Shown here one piece after another: positions 36,401 to 46,200 of a DNA stretch of 64,000 bases (position 1 is its first letter; each line of letters starts with the position of its first letter). Source of the DNA: a virus; the IMG/VR virus record IMGVR_UViG_3300032047_000006, positions 1 to 64,000 of that record; one strand, given 5' to 3'. Under the pieces are notes generated by a model. That model was not told the origin of the DNA. It was given only the letters and a program-made list of their open reading frames with translations, and searched no databases. Position numbers and translations under genes: made by a program.

Positions 36401-39400
36401 GTCTTATGGAAGAGGTGGATGCCACGAGAATAGTGATTACAGGGTATGAGAAGGATGATGATGATAATCCTGTTCTCACGAAACCTATTAAAACAACCGT
36501 TGATATAAAGGAGAAAGTACCTGTAAGTTCTCTAAAAAGTTCTCATGATTCATATCAAATAAATGAGAGTTCGGAAATTAAGATTCCTTTATCATCTCCA
36601 TCCGCCGAGGCAAGTGAAATATCGGCAATTTTACAAAAGAATAAGGATGATAAAGAAGGAATTCTCACAGAAGCCGAGACAATCGTCGAGTCAGCACAAC
36701 ACATGTACGATTCCGTTTCAGAATCCGCCCTCAATAATGCGAGAGAGTTAGTGAGATGGAACAATTCACAAGTCAAGTTTGCCAAAGAAGCTGTGGAGCA
36801 GGCTATAAAAGATGTCAAAGCAGAAAATATCACCAACGAGGGACTCAACAAAGTTCGAGAAGACACAGGGCAAGAAGGCGGCTTCATCGTGTACAAGACA
36901 CCACAAGACAGCCCCCAAGTCAAAGCCGCCGAAGCCAAGCTATCGGATGCTGAACAAAAGGAACAAGAAGCCATCGGCGCATTGGAAAGAGCTGAACGGG
37001 CATTGATAGAAGACAGAGAGAGGCTTTTAAGGGAACTCTCGGAAGCAAAGTCGTCAAGGGATGAGGCACAATCAGATTATGACACCGCCGCAGAGAGTAC
37101 TGAGCGAATAAAGCAACTGGAGTCTAATCTTGCAGAATTAAATAAATTTGCGATTTACAAGGAACTCACTCCGAGAGAGGTTGCGGAAAGAGAAGAGGCA
37201 GAACGACAACTCCACAGGGATCGACAGTTATTAGCTGAACAGCTTCTTTCTCCTCCTCCATCTATAGGACTTCCCAAGGAAGCGGAGTATGTTCCACTTG
37301 AAGAAGAGGGTTGTGTCCCAGAGTTTTCACCTATGCCCTCCCCAACCCAGGGACTTAAAGGTATTTTTCAAGATCGCCCACCAGCACCAGAAGAAACTAC
37401 GGCTGAACCATCGCAGCCGCTCTACAGTACTGCCCCTCCGCCTCCTTTTTTGGATGACACTCCATCGGTATATGATGTTGACGTGAGACCAGTCACAGGA
37501 CAATCAATGCTTATTGGAGGTAAAGAATATTTTACAAAAAGGAGAGTACCCGAAGATATTATGCAATTCATGTCAACTTCAACAATGGAGGAGAGATATT
37601 CTGGAGTGTCTTTCTTTACTCAGCTTCTAAAAGATTCATATCCACAGGGTTTTAATGATGAGCAGAAAAAAATTATTCCTATCATATATAAGGATTTGAA
37701 ACATGAAATAATTGAAAATCTTTTTCGAATAGTTGCAAAAGGAAAGTATTTTGAGACATATGAGGGCACCGATGCTCTTGGGTATTTTGTAGAACTTATT
37801 AACTTAGGTCCAGCCGTTACAGACACTTGCGATCCACATTTGCTGAAATTAAAAAAACTTGTTGATGAAGTTTTAGAAGAATTTCAAGATGATTTTTGTT
37901 TAGACATGGAGGCTGAAAAATCAAACGGAGAAATAAGGAAGACTCCGCTTGAGGCATCGATGATGAAGGCTTGCGTGAAGGCGACACTCCGAGCATACTT
38001 GATAGACAATCTCTCAAGGGGGATATTCACCACAGCCGCCTTTGCCGAGACAGACTCTTTATTGAACTACAAGATGCTCTATATTATAGATAGAATTTCT
38101 GATGAACTCCGCCAGTATGGAGAGGATTATTATATGCTCTTTATGAAAGAAGTATCAGAATTAGATAAAGATAGGGCACCAGGAGAAACAGTTACGAATT
38201 CATTTGCAAGGCTTTTGAAAGGGGAATACAATGAGGTGTCAAGAGGTTTTCTGGAGGCTATATTTATAGATAGCTCTCAGCAAGCAAGTATAAAAGAAAA
38301 ATTATTCCTTTCATTACCTTCTCTCACGATGTCGGAAAATAAACTCCATATAGATATTGGAGAAACTGAAAAAGATTTAATAATACCCAGCCGAGACTAT
38401 AATGACAGGAAAACCCTTCAAAACAACCTGGTATGGACACATCAGTATAAAATTGAGGACAAGTATTATTCAAGAGAAGATGCCGAAGAGCTTCAGAACA
38501 CTTCACAGAAGAAGATTGAAGGGATAAAAACTAGCCTTTGTTGTCTAATCGAACCCGCCGCCGCCGACATGTTTTTGCTGCCCAATCATAACACTCCTCT
38601 GTCTACAGGCGTCAACGGCATGTGGAGAAATGTAGCACCCGTGTTTGATCAAATTGGAACCCAAGATTTATCAAGGAATGTATATATTCTCCCAATAACA
38701 TCTTATGGCTGGAACGTTGAAAATAAATCAGGTGAAGATTTAGAGATACGTTCAATAAGAAAAATGATGAACACAATTAAAATGAGAACTCTTTTTGACT
38801 GGGCTTTTCCACTGGAAGATTATCAATCTTTAATTTCATTACACGAAATGGCTCAATTATCAACAATACAAAAGGTAAACACCGTGTTCGGAGAGTCTAG
38901 AGATGAACTCCACAGTCTATTTTTCTCTGTGTTACCCGAGTCTGATGATTGGAAGAAAAACCCGAATGCACTGAACAATGTCGGCGGCATGGATAATTTG
39001 ACAGCAATTTTTGATTATAATTTTGGACTCAAGGGTGTTCCATGTACAAATTTGAAGTGGAATATGGGATTGGGTGTAGAATGGGGCAACCCCTTTAAAG
39101 GACTCAGTCTCACTTTCGCACTCAAGGCGATACTTAACACGTCCCTAATGCTATTCAAGGGGCATGTGGAAAGAATGGATCCAAATGTAATCTTGGCTAA
39201 CCGGCTGTCCTTCTTATCTTCACTAGTGTGTCTAAATATTCCACCTACGGCATATTCTACACTCTTAATGATCCCATGGCCAGGCAATCCTTATATGCCC
39301 AACCAACTGAATGTCCTTTATAATGCTCTTGGGCTCGGACTTTTCGATGCTAGTAAACAAGCAGAATCGACAGATAAGAAAAAGGTTAAAAAAGCATTGG

Positions 39401-39504
39401 AGAATAACGGTTTCGCTATGCCTGAGTATTGCGATGTAAGGGAAGAGCAGGAAGAACAAGCTACCACAGCATATTCAGAAGACACACTTCCGAGCTACGA
39501 ATAA
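33460..39504 (+). CDS. Large baseplate/tail protein with SH3b-like domain and coiled coil
   Basis: 2014 aa; 'HVRTEPSSTASIIDSL..EVTV....GDWAKV'; directly upstream of gp25. Confidence 0.65.
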   Translation: MSFKFTQEHAALSDQIAMQQHSERTGYDYGSSNYTFLRNYAESQAQFEDFAQTGRPLGKLIPRVGTITLNGLQAEISQADIDAYSAAHPQNVVTGQTRIKYVEMLQAGNSPTTSNSSPSTEQDETKGAAIRIRVIEINTGKFIKKEGFKTNEEYQKWVEESPVQAISASQTEGFDYDVTFPIQLDQEEATAEGAASPPATVTPSYPPEPSALTHKVSEISTHVRTEPSSTASIIDSLLLETEVTVYDESVGKNGDWAKVSRVYRGSSEIGVGYILSSELERKEGIIPAPINSEDDKSFRKSEISQIWTSKSDGIPYYDSSDAKYKVSITTDKKDVNVGIQKIYEEFLPKGVGLILDQEGKENTEEIINSLINTESYDNIARAEEFFLEPRSSSFVKILVTVPHKHLSLLEDKDLDKDNFYTYHEYDLEKFRENISKIIKKIDKVGTSVKRFKGEVKEFDSKEESLRMSMLYDNFRNLLKSNDVKFAPEHKGEILAIGWDRTDKVIFVSHTDPESNEIIATKEYLSLNAKTEMSSRRTQFLLQNMKELVSEGIGLPWKEFLETHVGFDKVTIVPKADPPKNSKSSEAEGPTAMTRAQFLAEEKFYLNKERRIEKIKERIKQRDFVGSVSKQDNYKKLKKELNSPLEDIYENVLSRIDLKSLLVSALQCAPMHGQLDILNLPDLIKDIDKIIDEAKKLFHELPTMFFDVDFPTDDISASFVKDLKNFITDMITALIASLVQSVFSSLIDFCPDVSGNEDSPMDPERLDLSALQAALDDMLGDGIRENIDVDSMMNFIEDLASMLSLQEYCDLVSGNPSDKALDIVMNLIRVEYCHLGLDTKAKVIEFFKLLAGTGKFDICDELNEILPPPSSLSPNEDPCEPDNLRRRILINKGMSDEQVQEQIRRERERTAKLARQLMDAMAGQPFQAPNLFCQKDAEGNIIPGATPFMDETFSVMMRETVESLFGPVYTTFQSDGQSYSDSLMEEVDATRIVITGYEKDDDDNPVLTKPIKTTVDIKEKVPVSSLKSSHDSYQINESSEIKIPLSSPSAEASEISAILQKNKDDKEGILTEAETIVESAQHMYDSVSESALNNARELVRWNNSQVKFAKEAVEQAIKDVKAENITNEGLNKVREDTGQEGGFIVYKTPQDSPQVKAAEAKLSDAEQKEQEAIGALERAERALIEDRERLLRELSEAKSSRDEAQSDYDTAAESTERIKQLESNLAELNKFAIYKELTPREVAEREEAERQLHRDRQLLAEQLLSPPPSIGLPKEAEYVPLEEEGCVPEFSPMPSPTQGLKGIFQDRPPAPEETTAEPSQPLYSTAPPPPFLDDTPSVYDVDVRPVTGQSMLIGGKEYFTKRRVPEDIMQFMSTSTMEERYSGVSFFTQLLKDSYPQGFNDEQKKIIPIIYKDLKHEIIENLFRIVAKGKYFETYEGTDALGYFVELINLGPAVTDTCDPHLLKLKKLVDEVLEEFQDDFCLDMEAEKSNGEIRKTPLEASMMKACVKATLRAYLIDNLSRGIFTTAAFAETDSLLNYKMLYIIDRISDELRQYGEDYYMLFMKEVSELDKDRAPGETVTNSFARLLKGEYNEVSRGFLEAIFIDSSQQASIKEKLFLSLPSLTMSENKLHIDIGETEKDLIIPSRDYNDRKTLQNNLVWTHQYKIEDKYYSREDAEELQNTSQKKIEGIKTSLCCLIEPAAADMFLLPNHNTPLSTGVNGMWRNVAPVFDQIGTQDLSRNVYILPITSYGWNVENKSGEDLEIRSIRKMMNTIKMRTLFDWAFPLEDYQSLISLHEMAQLSTIQKVNTVFGESRDELHSLFFSVLPESDDWKKNPNALNNVGGMDNLTAIFDYNFGLKGVPCTNLKWNMGLGVEWGNPFKGLSLTFALKAILNTSLMLFKGHVERMDPNVILANRLSFLSSLVCLNIPPTAYSTLLMIPWPGNPYMPNQLNVLYNALGLGLFDASKQAESTDKKKVKKALENNGFAMPEYCDVREEQEEQATTAYSEDTLPSYE

Positions 39505-39532
39505 TTAAATACATAAAAAGAACGAGTTAAAT

Positions 39533-39541
39533 CTAATTATG
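39533..39541 (+). promoter_or_regulatory. Putative late promoter
   Basis: CTAATTATG upstream of the gp25-like gene. Confidence 0.65.
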
Positions 39542-39561
39542 TGAGAGAAGGAGATTAATTT

Positions 39562-39960
39562 ATGGCATTCGGGCTATCACCAAAGTTACCACTACTGAGA
39601 GATCCACAAGACGGGTATACTCTGAATAAGAGTTATTCTGAAATGATCATTCAAAATTTAAAAATGTTGATATTAACAATCCAGGGCGAGAGAATAATGG
39701 ATCCTGAATTTGGAGTAGGTCTTCGTAAGTACCTTTTTAGAAATAACACACCTTCGGTTCATTCAGAAATAAAATCACAAATAAGAAGTCAAATAGGAAA
39801 ATATATGCCATTTATAGAAGTGGTGGAAATACAAGTTTCAGACACCAGTGAGGGTTATTCTGATGTCAACGGCTCTAATTCAATTTCTGTAAAAATGGAA
39901 TTTATTATCACACCCCTTGAGTCTTATGGCACGTTGGAAATAAATGAATCAGTCAACTAA
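39562..39960 (+). CDS. Baseplate wedge protein, gp25-like
   Basis: QNLKMLILTIQGERIMDPEFGVGLRKYLF signature. Confidence 0.92.
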   Translation: MAFGLSPKLPLLRDPQDGYTLNKSYSEMIIQNLKMLILTIQGERIMDPEFGVGLRKYLFRNNTPSVHSEIKSQIRSQIGKYMPFIEVVEIQVSDTSEGYSDVNGSNSISVKMEFIITPLESYGTLEINESVN

Positions 39961-39965
39961 TTATA
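39957..39965 (+). promoter_or_regulatory. Putative late promoter
   Basis: CTAATTATA upstream of the gp6-like gene. Confidence 0.6.
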
Positions 39966-39984
39966 TTGCCACTGAGGAAGCATA

Positions 39985-41823
39985 ATGAGTAAAAAGAGAA
40001 CAGTATCTATTAAATATACGAGCAGAGAATTCGATACTATCAAGGCAGACTTGGTTGAATATATAAAAAGGTATTACCCAAATTCATATAAAGACTTTAA
40101 CGAAGCGTCTTTTGGCTCCTTGATGATTGATACTGTGTCTTATGTCGGAGATATTCTTTCGTTCTACATAGACTATCAAGCGAACGAAACCTACCTCAGT
40201 ACTGCTACAGAATTCGATAACCTCCTCAAGATAGGAAAACAGGCAGGATACAAATTTTCAGGAACACCGTCTTCCGTTGGACTTGCTTCTTTTTATGTAA
40301 TGGTTCCTGCGACAACATCAGGCATCGGTCCTGACACAAAATATATCCCTGTCTTAAAGAAAGGCGCATCAGTGTCGACTAAGTCTGGAAATTCGTTCAT
40401 ACTCAGTCACGATGTTCACTTTGGATCTAATAACAATGAAATTAGAGTTGCTAGAGTTGATCCAAATTCAGGTGATCCGACTTATTATGTAATAAAGGCG
40501 TTCGGAGAAGTTGTTTCAGGAGTTATAGATACTGAGTTTGTCACTGTAGGTTCATTCGAGAAGTTTAAAAAAGTAAGGTTGGAATCATTGGATATATCTG
40601 AGGTAATTTCTGTCAAAGACGCCGAGGGAAATGAATATTATGAAGTAGACTTCCTATCGCAAAATATTATATACAAGGGTGTTACAAACAGAAGCAAAAC
40701 TCTAGGAAATCAGTCACTTGATTATAATACAGGAGATCAGTCTTCAGAAATACTGAAGCCCGTAGTTGTTCCACGAAGATTTGTTACCGATCGCTCAAGA
40801 AGAAGGACTGAATTAACTTTTGGAGCGTCATCTGATTATATTATGCCAAACGATATGATATCAGAACCCCAGTCTACAGTTTTGGAAGTTCACGGAAGAA
40901 ATTATATACAAGACACCTCGTTTGATCCTACGAATTTGATAAAAAGTGATAAGTTTGGAATTAGTCCTTCTGATACCATACTTACGGTAGAGTACAGGAG
41001 AAACTCTGCACAAAATGTAAATTGCAGCACTAATCAGTTGACACAGACTGGAGACTATGAGATGGAATTTACAGATATTACGACACTCAACAGTGCTCAG
41101 ATGACATTTATATCTACATCTCTGGAAGTAGACAATGAAGAGCCTATCATTGGCGATGTGACAATCCCAAATTCTGAAGAACTACGCCACAGGATAATGG
41201 GAACATTTCCTACTCAAAACAGAGCGGTAACACAACAAGATTATGAATCTTTGATTTACCAAATGCCACCACGTTTCGGAGCAGTTAAGAGATGTCGAGT
41301 AATAAGAGACAATGATTCATTAAAGAGAAATATAAACATATATATGATTTCGGAAAACGCCTCAGGTACACTTACAGAAGCAAATTCTGTATTAAAAAGG
41401 AACGTAAGGACTTGGATCCAAAAGAATAAGATGATAAATGATACAGTCGATATTCTTAACGCAAAGGTGGTTAATTTAACTATCGATTTTGTTGCAGTCG
41501 CCTCAATCGAGTCCTCCAAGTATGATGTCCTCGCCGCCGCAAAAACAGCTTTAGCAAGAAGATTCACAAGGCATCCTGACATCGGCGAACCATTCTTCAT
41601 AACGGACGTTTATAAAGAATTGAGGAAAGTAGACGGCATTATTGATGTGTCGGACGTTAAGATAAATCAAAAAAATGGCATGACATCTGAAGGAAATTAT
41701 TCTACAATAAGATTTGACATTAATAGAGCAATGTCAGCCGACGGCAGATATATTGAACTGCCCAAGAATTTGATATACGAATTAAAATATCCAATTTTGG
41801 ATATTAATGGGGTGATAGTATAA
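39985..41823 (+). CDS. Baseplate wedge protein, T4 gp6/baseplate-J-like
   Basis: YTSREFDTIKADL..DFNEAS; NETYLSTA; TQNRAVTQQDYE. Confidence 0.9.
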   Translation: MSKKRTVSIKYTSREFDTIKADLVEYIKRYYPNSYKDFNEASFGSLMIDTVSYVGDILSFYIDYQANETYLSTATEFDNLLKIGKQAGYKFSGTPSSVGLASFYVMVPATTSGIGPDTKYIPVLKKGASVSTKSGNSFILSHDVHFGSNNNEIRVARVDPNSGDPTYYVIKAFGEVVSGVIDTEFVTVGSFEKFKKVRLESLDISEVISVKDAEGNEYYEVDFLSQNIIYKGVTNRSKTLGNQSLDYNTGDQSSEILKPVVVPRRFVTDRSRRRTELTFGASSDYIMPNDMISEPQSTVLEVHGRNYIQDTSFDPTNLIKSDKFGISPSDTILTVEYRRNSAQNVNCSTNQLTQTGDYEMEFTDITTLNSAQMTFISTSLEVDNEEPIIGDVTIPNSEELRHRIMGTFPTQNRAVTQQDYESLIYQMPPRFGAVKRCRVIRDNDSLKRNINIYMISENASGTLTEANSVLKRNVRTWIQKNKMINDTVDILNAKVVNLTIDFVAVASIESSKYDVLAAAKTALARRFTRHPDIGEPFFITDVYKELRKVDGIIDVSDVKINQKNGMTSEGNYSTIRFDINRAMSADGRYIELPKNLIYELKYPILDINGVIV

Positions 41824-43229
41824 TGTCTATAAAAAAGTTTCAAATAACCGCCGACACAACGATATACAATGCCTTCAAAGAAAACCTAAAGGATAGAGGT
41901 ACAGAGGCGAACACAGGACTTTCGGACTCACTAGAGACTTTCTTCATATATGGGCAAACTCCAGATCCCAACGCCGCTGCCTCAGACAAGGTGGAAGAAG
42001 CCAGAATACTTTTGAAGCCTGATTTCCAAGGAATATTGGACACATATACTAATTTCCCATCTGACACTAAATTTATCCTGAGGTTGTTCAATGCCGAACA
42101 CCCATTCACCCTGCCTAAAAATTTTACATTAAACCTTTTTTCAATCGTTGATAGTTGGCTTGAAGGTTCGGGGTTAGACATGGAGTCATACAGAGATGTG
42201 GGCACTCCAAATTGGTTGAAAAAGGACGCAACCACCACCTGGGCGACATCTGGTGCAATAGATACATCAACTGCGCCTGTAATCACGTCTCAGACATTTA
42301 GTGAAGGTACCGAGGACATGTCACTAGACATAACCTCGTTCATGCAGGCAAACTGGGCAAACCTATCAGATCACTCTTTCGTGGTTTCCTTTCCGTCTTC
42401 AATAACAGACGGTGTAACGCAGACTTTAAATTTTTACACAAAGAAATTCTTTTCTCGCTCATCAGAATTCTTCTTTAAGCGCCCCGTTGTTGAAGCTAGA
42501 AAAGCAAGTTTTACTGGAGACGACAGAGGCAGATTATATAAGTCTTCACCACTGACTACCAATAACGAACAAAACTTATATTTATATAACACCGTTTCTG
42601 GAGTTAGAGAAAATATAACAGGTGACGTTAAATTGGAGCTATTTTCAGATTCAACACTGGAGACATCAATCGTTGCAGCAGTTGACGCCACCCGCCCCGA
42701 TACAGGCGTCTATAAGGCTGTGATCACTGTACCTGACACTGTTACGGTGGAAACCATATACGAAAAATGGACAGCAGGAGCCACGACTATAAAGACGGGT
42801 TCAATAAAGCTTCTAACAAGAGAGCCCGCCACTAATAACTCTGAAATTAATTATGTAACAGACATCACAAATATCAAGCCCTCCTATGCACCCACGGAGC
42901 AGGCAAGATTCAGGATTTACACGAGACAAAAAGATTGGAATCCAACTATTTATACAGTAGCGAGCGAAGAATTAGAGAACTTGATTGTTGACAAAATGTA
43001 TTATAAGATTATTCGTTTAATCGACGGCGAAACTGTCATGGACTATGGCATCGGCACACTTAATAATAACAAAGAACACACACTCATCTCTTATGACGCT
43101 CAAGGTAGTTATTTTGATTTTGATATATCGTCCCTCGAAAGTGGATATATGTATGGAATCAAATTGATGTTCTCCGTAGCTGGAGAACTAAAGGAACAAC
43201 CAAATACTTTTAAGTTTAGGGTGGATTGA
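41823..43229 (+). CDS. Baseplate/tail structural protein
   Basis: Translationally coupled to gp6; beta-rich; 'KFFSRSSEFFFKRPVVEAR'. Confidence 0.7.
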   Translation: MSIKKFQITADTTIYNAFKENLKDRGTEANTGLSDSLETFFIYGQTPDPNAAASDKVEEARILLKPDFQGILDTYTNFPSDTKFILRLFNAEHPFTLPKNFTLNLFSIVDSWLEGSGLDMESYRDVGTPNWLKKDATTTWATSGAIDTSTAPVITSQTFSEGTEDMSLDITSFMQANWANLSDHSFVVSFPSSITDGVTQTLNFYTKKFFSRSSEFFFKRPVVEARKASFTGDDRGRLYKSSPLTTNNEQNLYLYNTVSGVRENITGDVKLELFSDSTLETSIVAAVDATRPDTGVYKAVITVPDTVTVETIYEKWTAGATTIKTGSIKLLTREPATNNSEINYVTDITNIKPSYAPTEQARFRIYTRQKDWNPTIYTVASEELENLIVDKMYYKIIRLIDGETVMDYGIGTLNNNKEHTLISYDAQGSYFDFDISSLESGYMYGIKLMFSVAGELKEQPNTFKFRVD

Positions 43230-46200
43230 TGAGTACCAAGGATTTATTCAATAAAAACAATAAAATACTAACAAAATCTGAAGCAAATAAGGTTAAGAAG
43301 GATATAGAGTCTTTTGAACTAGTAAACGATATATCAGAAGCTCGCACATCCCTACGTCCACGTGTTGATTATTCCAAGCCCGAGAATTTTGCAAAATACG
43401 GATCTGCGAAGAAATATTACGAAGATTCATTTCAAAGGATACATAGGACATTTCCATACGATGGTTCTAATTCAGAAATCCAGAAATGGTTAAATACATC
43501 GACTGGGCTAGACTTATGGATATATGAAAATATCTATCCTCGCTCCACAGGACATATTAAGTTACTTAATAACCAGTCCGTCACAGCCCAGGGCGGTCCC
43601 AATAAACAGCCCGGCATCACCGAAGGCGAGCAGCACGAACTGTCAAAACAGTTTCCCTCGAAGCAAGGCAATTCGAATATATGGGATACTTCTGTTTATA
43701 GAAATTCAAACTTATATATGGCACCAGCCATTGGCAATACGATCGAATTCTGGGCAAAAGTAGATGCCTCAGTTAATTCACCATTTACTGTCTTTAACTT
43801 AATAAGTGAAAATCAAGTATCGTCATTAATCTCGATGACATATGATCCATCTACAGGGAATGTAACCTATAAATATAAAGATGATGCGGACAACGGCTTT
43901 TCATCCAATTCTGTATCCATCCCTGGCTTAATCTCAACTTCTTGGAATCATATAGCTATATCTTTTCAAAGTGTGAGCGATAAAGTTAATGTTGAAATAT
44001 ATAAAAACGGGCTAAGAATCCACGATGTTTCGGTAGGGGATGCAATGACTACTGTATCCCAGTCAGAACTTTTCTTAAATATAAACGGCACATCCAATTC
44101 GAACAATTCTGCAAATGGACTTTATATCGACGAATTCAGATTTTGGAAGCTCCGAAGAACAGAAGAACAGATCGCCAGACATTGGTTTACTAATGTCTAC
44201 GGTGGCACAAACACTGACGACAATAAATATAGTACGGAAACTAGAAACGTTGATATAGGTGTATATTATAAGTTTAACGAAGGAATAGTTTCTGACGCTA
44301 CCATCGATGCAACTGTACTAGATTATTCTGGAAGAATTTCTAACGGCACAATCGTTAACTACACAGAAACAGTAAGATCAACTTTATCCGCCATTGATGA
44401 GTCTTCGCATACAACGGAATCGGAGGAAAAAGATCCGATAATATATCCATCCCATCCGTCCTATATTTCTTCTCTTGACAGATATTCAAACGCCGGAAAC
44501 AATTACGATATATCAAACAACGCATCTGTATTTCACACGATGCCTGCTTGGATAATTGAGGAAGATGATGAACGGGGCAGTCTGAAAGAGTTGACACAAG
44601 TAATAAGTAGTTATTTTGACAACACTCATTTACAAATTCAGGAATTAACAGAGTTAAAAAAACCAGAATACTATAGTGCCACGTCCCCAGAAGATAGAGC
44701 ATCTTATCTGGTAAAGACAGGAATCGAATCTTCTGGATTAACCATACCAGATCTGTTTACAGAAGCCACAGCTCTAGAGGACATCCTTAGTCGCAACGAG
44801 AAAAGTCTCTTTGAAGAGAAGCTTCACGATATAAAGAACACGATATATCAAAACATTTACAACAACTTGTCCTATATTTATAAATCTAAGGGAACAGAGA
44901 AAGCGTTCAGGAACCTGATAAGATGTTTTGGCATCGATGACGAACTTGTTCGTGTTAATTTGTATTCTGACAACACAGATTATCTACTAGAAGATACAAG
45001 AAGAGTCGGCTCTACAAAGAAAAATTTTCTTGACTTTAATTCGTCTACACGAGATCAGGCATTCGTAGAAACAACACAGGATTCTTTGAATCAATCGTCC
45101 ACCGTATCATATATCAAGGGCGCAAGAACAAACTGGAAAAACCTTTCAGCAACATTTGAAACAGAGCTGATGTTCCCAGGTTATATGGGAACTACACATC
45201 CTGAATATGCACCACCAACAAACACAGTTGAAAATATAGCATCCATAGGCGTATATTCCTCAGGATATACTTCCACGGAACTGTGGAACCTGACAGCCAT
45301 TAAGGAAGATAATAACCCTTATTCAAAAAATCTTAAATTCAGATTAGAGATGGAGGGGCAGACGCTAGATACACCTTATTTCAAAGATGTGTATGGTAAT
45401 TCAAAGTGGAATGTTGCAGTTAGAGTAAAACCTAAGTCAAGTCTACCACTCGGCACCCAAGCATCTTCACTGGAATATGGTATTGAGTTGTATTGCCTAA
45501 GAACTACAGCCGACACGATAGAAGAGGAGATCTTGGTATCCGCCACCGTCACCACCTCTGGCTCATATTTAAGTTCTGATAAATATTTGAGGCTAGGAAA
45601 GGTTGTCGCTGATACCTCAAAATCTCTGAAGGTATCTTCAACATTATTCTGGTATGATTATCTGTCAAACGATGAAATAAAAGCCCACGCATCTGACAGT
45701 TCAAATTACGGTAGATTGAATCCTACAGAAAGGGTATATTCCCACTTAACGACTTTAGAGGGAATTCCACTAACAAGAATGGACACCTTGGCGCTACACT
45801 GGGATTTCAACAATATCACAACTAGTGACGGATCCGGACAAGCTCTCGTTCAAGATCTATCGGAGGGAATTCCATCAACGTCATTGCCGCTAAATAGTAA
45901 AGCAATTCAATTCGACGGCGATATCACAGCCGGACAGACAGATCATGTCTTAGTATCAGACAGTGACGACTTCAGTTTCACATCTGGAGCAGGCACAGAT
46001 ACTCAGTTTTCCATCTCTGCATGGGTATATGTAGACGATATCGCCACAGATAACGGACCTTTCGTATCAAAGGCACTTGTGCAGGGAGCAGGAGTTGATA
46101 TTACAGAATACATCTTTAAACATGTTAACGGTAAGCTAAGAACATTCCTGTATAATCCAGACGGCACTGGCAAAAGAATAACGCTGGATTGCAACTCTGC

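Noticed and set aside
30703-42955. CTATTTAT copies inside coding regions (30703, 31609, ~42946) as internal late promoters
   Set aside because: Chance occurrences are expected in AT-rich DNA and no RBS/start follows closely; 30703 remains possible but unsupported
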